This document shows, one piece after another, positions 42,357-51,661 of a DNA stretch of 64,000 nucleotides. The notes below the pieces were generated by a model. It was not told the DNA's origin and searched no databases. It was given only the letters and a program-made list of their open reading frames with translations. Source of the stretch: Candidatus Gottesmanbacteria bacterium (GTDB lineage Bacteria > Patescibacteriota > Microgenomatia > UBA10105 > UBA927); assembly GCA_903821745.1 (NCBI GenBank), contig CAIJMI010000005.1, forward strand, positions 57,051 to 121,050, in the 5' to 3' direction. The translations under genes and the position numbers were made by a program. The stretch's first letter is position 1. The number at the start of each line of letters is the position of its first letter.

Positions 42357-42911
42357 TTATAACGTTATTATATTATTAAGCACCTTGCCAAAGGCTAAGG
42401 AAATAAAATTAACAACTACTGATTCAGGTTTTTGATAAGGTAAAGCAAACAATTCAACAACAAGCGCCTGCTCTATCCCATCTTTTTGATAATAAATGAC
42501 TGCTATACCAGTTTCTGTATATGTTTTCGATAACATAACATTTTTATGTTTTGGCGAATTGAGCCACCCTTGAATAACACCATTCACACTTTGATAGTCT
42601 TTAGCAAGATTCTCCCCAGCTTTCGTATAGTGATATCCAGTTCGCTGTATGAATGTCCATCCAGTATCATTTGTTTTTGGATTTATATGCGCCCAATATT
42701 CATTATTTTTCATGTCTTCAGCTTTCAATCTTGCGGCTACAATAAGCTTCTCATTCATCATAAGTGAAGGTAATCCATTTTGCTCTCTAACAGTATTGAC
42801 TGAATAAAGAAGTGCATCTGAAGTAATATCGGACGGGGCAGCCCAAATAGGAGTTGCACAACAAAATGCCATAACCAACACAATCACCAATAACTGCACA
42901 GCTTTGAACAT
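42357..42911 (-). CDS. CAP/SCP domain secreted protein
   Basis: N..R...GL..L, YWAH, AGENLA, WLNSPKH. Confidence 0.9.
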   Translation of the reverse strand: MFKAVQLLVIVLVMAFCCATPIWAAPSDITSDALLYSVNTVREQNGLPSLMMNEKLIVAARLKAEDMKNNEYWAHINPKTNDTGWTFIQRTGYHYTKAGENLAKDYQSVNGVIQGWLNSPKHKNVMLSKTYTETGIAVIYYQKDGIEQALVVELFALPYQKPESVVVNFISLAFGKVLNNIITL

Positions 42912-42956
42912 AGCTGTAGCGTACTATGGGTTTAATTAAGGATCTTGATAAGATAT

Positions 42957-42996
42957 CTGACATAAATTTGTCAAAATAGTATTTTTCTGGTATACT
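42957..42996 (+). promoter_or_regulatory. Promoter with pho-box-like 11-bp direct repeat
   Basis: CTGACAT-AAAT-TTGTCAA overlapping -35 TTGTCA; 17 nt; TG-G-TATACT -10. Confidence 0.5.
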
Positions 42997-43006
42997 TCAA
43001 AACTAT

Positions 43007-44224
43007 ATGTCTGGTTTAGCCCAATCTGTCGTTACAAATCAATATGAGCAAGCGGCGCAATCCTGGAAGGCAATGCTTGATATCGGGGATAATCTTTCAA
43101 TTCTATTTTTTCCATATTCAGACCGCGTCCGAAGAATCGAGCAATTCATTTCAGAAAATAAAAAATCACAAAAGGATGAATATCATCGAATATTTTTACA
43201 GATAGATCCACTTCTGCTTAATATTGAAGAAAAAAGTGATTTAATGGATAACATAATCAAGAAGCTAGAAAATAAAAAAATAATCCATAAAAAAGATTCT
43301 TTTGAAGCAGTAATAAAACAACTTGCTGTTAAAAAAATACAAATCGTACTTATAGTACTAACCGCCGACAGTCTTTTACTACAAAGCACTAAATTTTTTC
43401 TTGCCGCTCTTCATGAAATACTATATGAAAATAATCCGTTTATTGTCAGCGTGTGCTGTTTTGAAGTCGACATAACACACCCGCAATATGCTGCAATATT
43501 TCGTCAATACCCACAGTTATTACATAGTATTTTTTACTATCCTTTATACGATAAAAAAGACACGGAGCATTTTATTAAATATGTTGCAAAAAAATGGAAC
43601 GTTGCAATGACGCATCCACAAATTGATCACCTGATAGCAACCTGTGGCGGTAAATGGTGGTTTATTAAAGACGCGGTACGGCAACTTCGATTACAAAAAA
43701 GTTGGAATGAAGATACTGATGGAATGGTATACCGAAAAAACATGGTTATTCAATCTCTATTGTCGTCTGAACGAAGCGTTCTTTTAAAACTATTGACTGG
43801 AAGAAAAATATTTAACGAAGAGGAACAACATAGCATAAATCACCTAATAAAATTACGACTTATTAGTGATGACAATCACCTTCTTGTACCAATTTTAAGA
43901 AAACCTCTTCTTGCAAGTGTGCGATCTGACCATGCATTAACATATGAAAACAATATGGTCTATCTCAATCAAGTACCAATCGGAAGTTTTTTTTCAAGAA
44001 AAGAAATCAGGGCCTTAAAAATACTGGTTTCTCAACCAGGAACAATAATCTCCCGAGAAACGTTAGCGCAAGCAATTTGGCCAGCAAATACAAATGCAAA
44101 TTATTCTGATTGGGCAATTGATCAAATAATTGCGCGCGTGCGAAAACGATTACCAGAATTTGAAATTCCACCTGCCTCCATTAAGTCCATCCGCGGAAAA
44201 GGATATATGTATATTCAACTGTAA
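43007..44224 (+). CDS. Degenerate P-loop/AAA-like protein with C-terminal OmpR/PhoB-type winged helix
   Basis: C-term FSRKE..AL..L....G.IISRE.LA.AIW...DWAIDQ.IARVRK...IKSIRGKGY; no receiver domain or clear Walker A. Confidence 0.75.
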   Translation: MSGLAQSVVTNQYEQAAQSWKAMLDIGDNLSILFFPYSDRVRRIEQFISENKKSQKDEYHRIFLQIDPLLLNIEEKSDLMDNIIKKLENKKIIHKKDSFEAVIKQLAVKKIQIVLIVLTADSLLLQSTKFFLAALHEILYENNPFIVSVCCFEVDITHPQYAAIFRQYPQLLHSIFYYPLYDKKDTEHFIKYVAKKWNVAMTHPQIDHLIATCGGKWWFIKDAVRQLRLQKSWNEDTDGMVYRKNMVIQSLLSSERSVLLKLLTGRKIFNEEEQHSINHLIKLRLISDDNHLLVPILRKPLLASVRSDHALTYENNMVYLNQVPIGSFFSRKEIRALKILVSQPGTIISRETLAQAIWPANTNANYSDWAIDQIIARVRKRLPEFEIPPASIKSIRGKGYMYIQL

Positions 44225-44228
44225 AACT

Positions 44229-46154
44229 ATGGTAAATCCTGAGATATTCCGAAATCCTGAACCCGACCTTATCTATCAAAGATCGTTGTTTGATGACACA
44301 GAAAGTTTTCTGGTGCGTTCTGAAAATCCCATCTATACGAAATCGCTTCTGTATTCCATAGACGAGGAAATAAAACTTCTTGCACGTTACCCTGATAAAA
44401 CAAATGCAGGCTTTATGCTGGTGGGGAGTCTTGCAAGATATCTATCGGGTCATGGCGATATTGATACCAACTGGAAAATACGAAAAAAAGCCGACAATAT
44501 GAAATATTTTATAAATAATCCCACACATATGCTTGATTTTGCGCGAATATCGGGACCCGATCAAGATATGGATACCACATTCGTATTTAATGACGCGGGC
44601 TCTCTTGAGAGTTTATACGCATATATCAAAGCAAATGTAGGCGATGCAGTAGAAAATATAACATATGAGACGTCGACAAATGGCGTACCTATCCAAACCA
44701 CGTACCTCGACTTCATTGATAAACACAATACAAAAATACACTTAGAATACGGTCCAATCTGCACAAATCCTAATGTTATACACATGACCATGGGATTTTT
44801 TAATGACAAAGAGAGAGTGTTCCATATAGACATCGCTGAATATCCCAAGGACGGCATCCAAGCAGAAAACCAAAATCGACTTGGAGGAAATACCATACTC
44901 GCGCAGGATGTCCGTCTTCCAATTTATGTGAATGGCAATGACGAAACCATGTATACACTTGATTTGAATAAAAGGAATAGCCTTTTTTTCAAAGAACGTA
45001 TAAATATTGATGAAAAACCAATAGATGCAGTAATGGAACTTGCAATCCGCGCGTTACGAATACATTTAATTCACTCAGACCAATTATTTTATGATTCGTC
45101 GTTCACATCATTAACTCCACTGTTTTTTACAAAGGGTAATGGTAACCTATTTGATCTTCGAAAAGGTATTCAAGGTTTTATACGAGCTGGGGAAAAACTA
45201 AGAAAAGAAAAGAATGAATTATTAAAAACAGAACTTCTTATTTGTATGGCCTATGATCCGTATGAAACCGCAAAATTTTTGCATGACACGGGATTATATC
45301 TTCTTTTTCCTGGCCTTCGTACCTTTACTCATGCAGATTGGAAACGTTTATATACATCCAACGCATTTACATTTTTACGGGATGGTACTCCAATAATAAA
45401 TAAAGATGTAAGGTCAATTGAAAATGTACAGTATTCGCATGAATATTTTCAACGCGTAAGGTGGAATAGAAATGTTAATGGCATAAAAATGTTCATTCGC
45501 GCGTTCGGTGAGGTCATGAAAACAAAAATAACTGATCTTGATATAAATAACTATGACCAAATGTACACCCTCTTGTTTACAACGGAATCAACTGCACCTA
45601 GATTCCATAGACAATTTACAAATCTTCCAAATGCACTAATAGATGCACTAAAAACATACCCAAGCGGTGTAACAGAACGTGAAATACAAGAATACGTACA
45701 AAGTATAATAAAACAAAAAATAACGCGCGAAGAATTTCAAGTAGCGTTATTTACATTAAAACAAAAAGGATATATTGACCGTCATAATCGATGGGTTAAT
45801 AGCAATACAAAAGTCGTATTTTATACCCCTCGCTTAAACAAAAATGGACATCTCGATACTACAACAATATCACTCAGACATCTTGAAATAAAAAGAGCTA
45901 TTGCAAATATTCAGGTACCTAACGGCAATGAAACAAAAATGCAAATCTTAGAAGAAATTCTTCAACTCCTCCCTTGCACATCTGTTGAATCCTTTCGTGC
46001 ACTTCGAGAAAATGAACGAAATTTACTAGTAAATCTTATGGAAGAAGAACTAAAAAAACGAAATGATATAACATTCGCAAATGAAGATTTAAAGATATTT
46101 ATAAGTGAAGTACAGCGAGCGTGTATAAATTTCAGCCGCAAAAGAGGTCTGTAA
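44229..46154 (+). CDS. Divergent class II CCA/poly(A) polymerase-like nucleotidyltransferase with C-terminal winged helix
   Basis: LVGSLAR..DID/DMD, HIDIA, IRALR, ELL...DP..AKFLHDTGL..LFP.L; start reset to ATG 44229. Confidence 0.55.
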   Translation: MVNPEIFRNPEPDLIYQRSLFDDTESFLVRSENPIYTKSLLYSIDEEIKLLARYPDKTNAGFMLVGSLARYLSGHGDIDTNWKIRKKADNMKYFINNPTHMLDFARISGPDQDMDTTFVFNDAGSLESLYAYIKANVGDAVENITYETSTNGVPIQTTYLDFIDKHNTKIHLEYGPICTNPNVIHMTMGFFNDKERVFHIDIAEYPKDGIQAENQNRLGGNTILAQDVRLPIYVNGNDETMYTLDLNKRNSLFFKERINIDEKPIDAVMELAIRALRIHLIHSDQLFYDSSFTSLTPLFFTKGNGNLFDLRKGIQGFIRAGEKLRKEKNELLKTELLICMAYDPYETAKFLHDTGLYLLFPGLRTFTHADWKRLYTSNAFTFLRDGTPIINKDVRSIENVQYSHEYFQRVRWNRNVNGIKMFIRAFGEVMKTKITDLDINNYDQMYTLLFTTESTAPRFHRQFTNLPNALIDALKTYPSGVTEREIQEYVQSIIKQKITREEFQVALFTLKQKGYIDRHNRWVNSNTKVVFYTPRLNKNGHLDTTTISLRHLEIKRAIANIQVPNGNETKMQILEEILQLLPCTSVESFRALRENERNLLVNLMEEELKKRNDITFANEDLKIFISEVQRACINFSRKRGL

Positions 46155-46160
46155 CATATG

Positions 46161-46232
46161 CTGCCGGGCTAGGGATCGGACCTAGGAACTTCTGCTCCAA
46201 AGGCAGACGTGTTACCACTACACCACCCGGCA
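46161..46232 (-). tRNA. tRNA-Gln(TTG)
   Basis: TGCCGGG...CCCGGCAG; anticodon arm TCTGC-CTTTGGA-GCAGA. Confidence 0.92.
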
Positions 46233-46238
46233 ACATTT

Positions 46239-46313
46239 TGGAGCGGCGGAAGGGATTTGAACCCTCGACCTCTTCCTTGGCAAGGAAGCATTCTACCACT
46301 GAACTACCGCCGC
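46239..46313 (-). tRNA. tRNA-Gly(GCC), CCA encoded
   Basis: GCGGCGG...CCGCCGCTCCA; CTTCC-TTGCCAA-GGAAG. Confidence 0.95.
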
Positions 46314-46334
46314 ACTGTTTATTTTCGTTAACAG

Positions 46335-46407
46335 TGCCGAGACTAGGAATTGCACCCAGATAACTTGTTTTTCAGACAAGCGCCTTGACTACCTCGGCCA
46401 TCTCGGC
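46335..46407 (-). tRNA. tRNA-Phe(GAA), atypical T-loop
   Basis: GCCGAGA...TCTCGGCA; CTTGT-CTGAAAA-ACAAG; T-loop TGCAATT. Confidence 0.85.
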
Positions 46408-46468
46408 AAAGAAAACAGTCTTTATTATAGAATGTCTGTCTGTATCTGCCAATATCTGAAAAAAGATT

Positions 46469-47548
46469 TCACCTTCCACCGACCAGAAAGACAAAAAGTT
46501 TTGAGGTAAACCTCCGGAGTAAAAATCCAAGTCCAATGGTAATACACAGGGTAACGACAATTGACCCGCAATATAGTATAAATAAAGCGTTTTCGCTTCG
46601 TCCAACAAAATCTACACCGATGCGTTTAACAAGTTCAAGAAGCGGCTCGTGACTGACAAAGATAAAAAAGGTAAACGGAGTTAACAGGGAAATGGTTGAT
46701 AGACACCTTAACTTAGCTATCATGTCATAACCAAACCATAGTGCGCAAATGCCTACAGCAATCGTCATATTATCGAGCTGCCGCAGTGTCAACCACAATG
46801 ATGGAAATATACCAAATGCAACACAGGTTTTTGAAACGATTAATATAATCCAACAAAGAAACGCAAATATGCCCATTTGTTTAGCATTTTCAGATGGCAA
46901 GTAAACACGTGAAATCGCGACATATGCGCCAAGCAGGTAAAAAAATCCGCCCCTGTATAAAAAAGAAAATACCGGTGGGAGAGGTATGGAAAATATCCAC
47001 AAAATAAATAAAGGAACAACAAGACCAACTGAAGTAAACTTCAATACAATATAAAAAAGAGGGGCAAGTAGAGTATACAGTATAAGGTCAGCCAAAAACC
47101 ACAAAGGAAACGTAACACCGTGGTGAAGAATCGATTGCACATAATAAGAAAATGGCTGGCCAATAACACGGCCGGTATACAAAGAAGAAAAATAGTTAGT
47201 TAATTCCGGAAAAGATTGTAGAATGAAAATAAATCCTAAACCAAGCGCGCTCCAAACCACATATGGAACGAAAAGGGAATGTGTGCGAGAACGAATTTTG
47301 AAAAAATATCGTGAGAGCGTAAAATTTCTAAAAAACAAATACCCGGAAAGCAAAAAAAACAATGCAACGGCAATGCGCGAAACGCCGTAACCTACAACAT
47401 ATTGAAAAATAGTATTCCAGGTAGCTTTTCCGAAAAATGAAGAATTGGGATCGATATAGCCGGTAAAATTAATCGCATGTTGAAGCAAAACAAAAAATAT
47501 TGCGATAAATGAAACAATTTTAATTTTTTGACTCAGATAGTCTGTCAT
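46469..47548 (-). CDS. Acyltransferase 3 (OafA-like) membrane protein
   Basis: About 10 TM; AIFFVLLQH, VALFFLLSGYLF, LWFL, SHEP. Confidence 0.88.
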   Translation of the reverse strand: MTDYLSQKIKIVSFIAIFFVLLQHAINFTGYIDPNSSFFGKATWNTIFQYVVGYGVSRIAVALFFLLSGYLFFRNFTLSRYFFKIRSRTHSLFVPYVVWSALGLGFIFILQSFPELTNYFSSLYTGRVIGQPFSYYVQSILHHGVTFPLWFLADLILYTLLAPLFYIVLKFTSVGLVVPLFILWIFSIPLPPVFSFLYRGGFFYLLGAYVAISRVYLPSENAKQMGIFAFLCWIILIVSKTCVAFGIFPSLWLTLRQLDNMTIAVGICALWFGYDMIAKLRCLSTISLLTPFTFFIFVSHEPLLELVKRIGVDFVGRSENALFILYCGSIVVTLCITIGLGFLLRRFTSKLFVFLVGGR

Positions 47549-47557
47549 AAAAAACAG

Positions 47558-47629
47558 TGGACGATAAGGGACTCGAACCCCTAACCCCTTCGATGTAAAC
47601 GAAGTGCTCTACCATTGAGCTAATCGTCC
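47558..47629 (-). tRNA. tRNA-Val(TAC)
   Basis: GGACGAT...ATCGTCCA; CTTCG-TTTACAT-CGAAG. Confidence 0.95.
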
Positions 47630-47681
47630 GTTAGGTTCAATTATACAGGAGTAGTTACACGGTAGGCAATGCACCACCACA

Positions 47682-48488
47682 TTAATACGGTTTATATTTT
47701 CCAGAGGAATTTTTACACCGGTTATTTTTTTCGTCACATTTATCTTGACACGTTGCGTCGTTTGGAAAAACAAATGGACATAAACTACGATCGGGATCAT
47801 CAAAAACCTCACAGTATCCAATTTGACCACCACCCGGAGCACAAACGTACCGTAAATACGCAGGACTTGGCTCAGGAGTTGGCGTTAAAACTGGAGTAGC
47901 TATTGGTACAGTTGGAAGTGTAGGCTCCGCAATTGGTGTAACAGTAGGCGTTAATGTTGGTGGAACTGCTTCTGTCGGAATAGGTGTAATACGCGGTCCC
48001 GACCATATACATGAAGTAATTGAGATATTGGAGCTTGCAACACCAAAATTATACGCACATTCTGGTCCGCACCCCTGAGAACACCCAACAAGGGGAATGG
48101 ACAAATCATTATTTCTCTCTAACTTTGTATAAATTTTGTACCATTGGTATCCTGTTAATGAATCAGTCAAATATACATAAGGTTCATGGGTCATTGGATC
48201 ACAAGGAAAGGAATCCAGAAGTACTCGATCATTTAACATAAATGGTTCATTGCATGATGGAATGGTAGAGGGATACGCAGAAGCAGCATCGTAATAGTAT
48301 TCCATAACCAATTCCAAATTTTTTAAATCCTTTTTACGCTGTAAATCGTGAGCCTGAGAAAAATACGAAGTTGCACCAAAATATGCACCGGGCGCAACAA
48401 CGCCGATAATCGTAATAATAACCAATAGTTCAATAAGGGAAAATGCTAAATTATGTTTCTTCTTGAAGTGTTGTATTATTTTTTTCGT
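47682..48488 (-). CDS. Type IV pilin/GspG-like protein with Pro/Thr linker and Cys-rich C-terminus
   Basis: In-frame KKHNLA|FSLIELLVIITIIG prepilin motif upstream of the predicted TTG; D..RK.DL..L...EYY.D...YP, CDP; start codon uncertain (ACG 48488). Confidence 0.75.
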   Translation of the reverse strand, partial: TKKIIQHFKKKHNLAFSLIELLVIITIIGVVAPGAYFGATSYFSQAHDLQRKKDLKNLELVMEYYYDAASAYPSTIPSCNEPFMLNDRVLLDSFPCDPMTHEPYVYLTDSLTGYQWYKIYTKLERNNDLSIPLVGCSQGCGPECAYNFGVASSNISITSCIWSGPRITPIPTEAVPPTLTPTVTPIAEPTLPTVPIATPVLTPTPEPSPAYLRYVCAPGGGQIGYCEVFDDPDRSLCPFVFPNDATCQDKCDEKNNRCKNSSGKYKPY

Positions 48489-48518
48489 ATATATTTACTA
48501 TACAACAAAACTATTTTG

Positions 48519-48600
48519 TGCGGACGAGAGGACTTGAACCTCCATGCCTTGCGGCACAGCCTCCTCAAGACTGCGCGTATACCAATTCCGCCACGTCCGC
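48519..48600 (-). tRNA. tRNA-Leu(GAG)
   Basis: GCGGACG...CGTCCGCA with long variable arm. Confidence 0.95.
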
Positions 48601-48673
48601 ATGAGAAATGTATTGTCTATTGTACTAGATAACTTTCATTGCGTAAATATTAGGTTCGTGTGATAATATCGGC

Positions 48674-49228
48674 ATGAAATCCAACCTCAATACAATTACT
48701 AAAGGCGTTTCATACCTATTAACCGGCCTTGGTATCGATTGGAAACACGATAAAAATTTTATCGAAACACCAAAACGAGTTGCCCGAGCGATGGTGGAAT
48801 TAAACGACGGCTTATATAATCCTTATGAACGGTTTACTTCATTTCCCAGTACGTATAACGGCATTATTTTCTTTAAAAGCATTAAGGCAACCGCACTGTG
48901 TCCCCACCATCTTATGCCAATTGAATACGATATTTCATTTGCGTACATTCCAAATGGAACGGTTTTGGGATTGTCAAAAATTCCACGTATTATCAAAAAT
49001 TTATGTCAACGGCCGGTCTTGCAGGAAGATTTGACAAATGACATCGTCAAAAAATTTGCTGATAAGCTCCAACCGAAAGGAATTGCAATTGAAGTTCGGG
49101 GCATTCATGGGTGTATGAAATTTCGAGGAATTCAAGAAGCTGAAATTGTAAAAACCGCGCAGCTTTATGGATTGTTTTTAACGGCTCCGCAAACGAGAGA
49201 GGAATTTTATAATCTCATCACAAAATAA
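48674..49228 (+). CDS. folE: GTP cyclohydrolase I
   Basis: ETPKRVA, CPHH, GLSK..R, QEDLT, HGCM..RG. Confidence 0.93.
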   Translation: MKSNLNTITKGVSYLLTGLGIDWKHDKNFIETPKRVARAMVELNDGLYNPYERFTSFPSTYNGIIFFKSIKATALCPHHLMPIEYDISFAYIPNGTVLGLSKIPRIIKNLCQRPVLQEDLTNDIVKKFADKLQPKGIAIEVRGIHGCMKFRGIQEAEIVKTAQLYGLFLTAPQTREEFYNLITK

Positions 49229-49229
49229 C

Positions 49230-50321
49230 ATGGCGAAAAAAATACCTGTACCGATATGGACTATTTTGGTCATTGTCTGTATTGCGTCTCTTGGAATTAT
49301 TCGATATATTTCACCAAAATACCACTATATAGACACTATTTCTCAAGCTGAACAAGCAGTGGAAAATATGTCTCCAGCACAAATCATCGGACAACTGTTC
49401 ATCTGGGGCATACCTGACACCGTGCTTTCCTCGGCTTCCGCTAATTTGATAAGAACAACTCAACCCGCAGGTGTTATTCTAACCGGAAATTTTACAAATG
49501 AGGAATTACATCGAATGACATGGGATATTAAGCAAATTCAGTCCAGCGTACCAATGTTTATCGCAATAGATGAAGAGGGCGGAGTAGTACGACATATCAA
49601 AAATGATGAATTGCCGGGTGGACAAAAATTAGGCCAGTTAAATAAAGAAGATTTTTGCATGACTTTCACATCACGGAGTGCACTCTTACAAAAAAATGAT
49701 ATCAATACCAATTTTAATATCATCGGCGATGTTGGTTGGAACATACAAAGTTACATGTGGCAACGAACATACGCCAATACACCAATTGCTGTCGCAGATT
49801 ATGTTGAACAGGCTATCGCTTGTTCAAACTCCATAGTAACTGTTATTAAACATTTTCCTGGCCATGCAGATACAGCAGTGAATTCACATTTTAAAATCCC
49901 AATTGTCGACAAAAATGAATTGACTTGGCGACAGGAAGACGGTCTTCCATTTTTTCGTTCTATAGAAAATAACGTCGGCATGATTATGGTAGGTCACATT
50001 GAATACCCAAAAATTGCAAGTGGACCAGCCTCACTTTCCAAAAAATTTCACCAAATAATTTCTGATTCCCAATTTCAGGGACTCACAATAACGGATGATT
50101 TGGGTATGCTTGAACAAAGTGGCTACTCACCAAACCTGTATATAAAACAGGCGTTGAACGCAGGGAATAACCTGTTGCTTATAACAACATCAAGTATTCC
50201 ACCCGAAACTGTGTATTTAAATCTACTTAGCGAAGCAACACAATCATCGATGCTGATGGAAACTATTCAAAAAAATGTACAAAAAACACTTGAATTTAAA
50301 AGAGAAAACCTACATCCCTAA
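49230..50321 (+). CDS. GH3 beta-N-acetylglucosaminidase (NagZ-like), TM-anchored
   Basis: IDEEGG.V, KHFPGH....NSH, MVGH, ITDDLGM. Confidence 0.82.
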   Translation: MAKKIPVPIWTILVIVCIASLGIIRYISPKYHYIDTISQAEQAVENMSPAQIIGQLFIWGIPDTVLSSASANLIRTTQPAGVILTGNFTNEELHRMTWDIKQIQSSVPMFIAIDEEGGVVRHIKNDELPGGQKLGQLNKEDFCMTFTSRSALLQKNDINTNFNIIGDVGWNIQSYMWQRTYANTPIAVADYVEQAIACSNSIVTVIKHFPGHADTAVNSHFKIPIVDKNELTWRQEDGLPFFRSIENNVGMIMVGHIEYPKIASGPASLSKKFHQIISDSQFQGLTITDDLGMLEQSGYSPNLYIKQALNAGNNLLLITTSSIPPETVYLNLLSEATQSSMLMETIQKNVQKTLEFKRENLHP

Positions 50322-50374
50322 TTGCTTTTTAGCTAAGTACTTCATATGATAGAAAAGGATCATTTATACTGCCT

Positions 50375-51511
50375 ATGAACCAAAACGATAAGAAAAAAAC
50401 CGTGAAATACGAAGGATCTGCGGATGCTTCAAAACTTCCACCCAAGTCGGAAGAAAAAACAATTGAAAAACCCCCTGAAAAACAGGAAAAAATTGAGCTG
50501 TCAATTGATAAGGAAGCTATTAAAAAATTTAAATTAATAGCCGTTGCGTATTCCCACGTTGAAAGAGAATGGTTTCCTAATGAGGAATCCTACCTTGCAG
50601 AGGTGGAAGTTGAGCAGCGAGCTGCTGACGTCATAAAAGAAATTGAAAAACTGGGACTTAGAGCAAAAGGATATCCTGGTGATCAGTATTTTTTAACAAA
50701 TCTGCTTGTTGATCGACCTGATCTTGTACTAAATCTCGTTGACACACTAAAAGGAAAGGATGCGCTACAAACATCAATACCTGCGGCTCTTGAGCTGGCA
50801 AACATTCCGTATACCGGAGCCGAGATGCAAGGACTCGTCATTGGAAATGACCGGCATTTGATTAAACAACTCTTAACGGCATACCAAATCCCAACGCCGT
50901 CATTTCAATATATTCGGTACGCGGGAACAGCAATCCAGGAATCTATTGGGTTGCCGCTCATTGTAAAACTGAACGAAAGTGGAGGCAGTGTTGGCATTAA
51001 CAATGACGCGGTGAAAGAGACGATTGAAAAAGCACAAAAACGAGTAGACGAATTGATTGGTATATATAAAGTCGGCGTCATTGTCGAGCGATTTATTGAC
51101 GGACCGGAACTTACGGTTGTTGTATTTGATGACCGAACAAAAAAACACGTATTTATGGGCGAAAAAGTTTTCCGTATCAAACCTGACGGAAAACATTATT
51201 TTACAAGTATTGAAAGTTACGATGATAGCAAGGCCTACCGGTATAAAAAAGTGAATGATGAACTTGCAGCGAAAGTTGCCAAGCTTGCTATTCGAGCATT
51301 TAACGGCCTTCGATATAAAGATTACGCAAAGTTTGATATACGCGTTGATGAAGCAACAAGCACGCCGTATTTTACAGATTGTAATCCAAACACTGCATTT
51401 GGACCGGACAAAGGGTTACCACTAACTGAAGTCTTAAAACTTGGGGGTGTAACATTTCAGGATATGCTTGCAAGTCTACTTTCCAAATACGCAAAAACTA
51501 TTTTTCAATAA
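50375..51511 (+). CDS. D-Ala-D-Ala ligase-like ATP-grasp protein
   Basis: LE..NIPYTG, PLIVK...GGSVGI, VERFIDG.E, YAKFDIR, DCNPN. Confidence 0.78.
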   Translation: MNQNDKKKTVKYEGSADASKLPPKSEEKTIEKPPEKQEKIELSIDKEAIKKFKLIAVAYSHVEREWFPNEESYLAEVEVEQRAADVIKEIEKLGLRAKGYPGDQYFLTNLLVDRPDLVLNLVDTLKGKDALQTSIPAALELANIPYTGAEMQGLVIGNDRHLIKQLLTAYQIPTPSFQYIRYAGTAIQESIGLPLIVKLNESGGSVGINNDAVKETIEKAQKRVDELIGIYKVGVIVERFIDGPELTVVVFDDRTKKHVFMGEKVFRIKPDGKHYFTSIESYDDSKAYRYKKVNDELAAKVAKLAIRAFNGLRYKDYAKFDIRVDEATSTPYFTDCNPNTAFGPDKGLPLTEVLKLGGVTFQDMLASLLSKYAKTIFQ

Positions 51512-51518
51512 TTACAAG

Positions 51519-51600
51519 TGCCTCCGAGAGGATTTGAACCTCTAAGGGTTGCCCCATATGCTCCTGAAGCATACGCGTCTACCAATTGCGCCACGGAGGC
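51519..51600 (-). tRNA. tRNA-Leu(CAG)
   Basis: GCCTCCG...CGGAGGCA, TATGC-TTCAGGA-GCATA. Confidence 0.95.
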
Positions 51601-51661
51601 TCCGCGACTACCAAAAATTATAACACACAAACATTTTATCCCTATAGTACAATACAGATGT

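Noticed and set aside
42357-46232. Integrated element at tRNA-Gln
   Set aside because: No integrase and no duplicated tRNA 3' end were seen, so it cannot be called a mobile element
46121-46363. 80-aa ORF
   Set aside because: Antisense translation of the tRNA-Gln/Gly/Phe genes
47860-48000. Low-complexity repeats resembling an array
   Set aside because: They encode the Pro/Thr linker of the pilin; no fixed repeat-spacer structure and no cas genes
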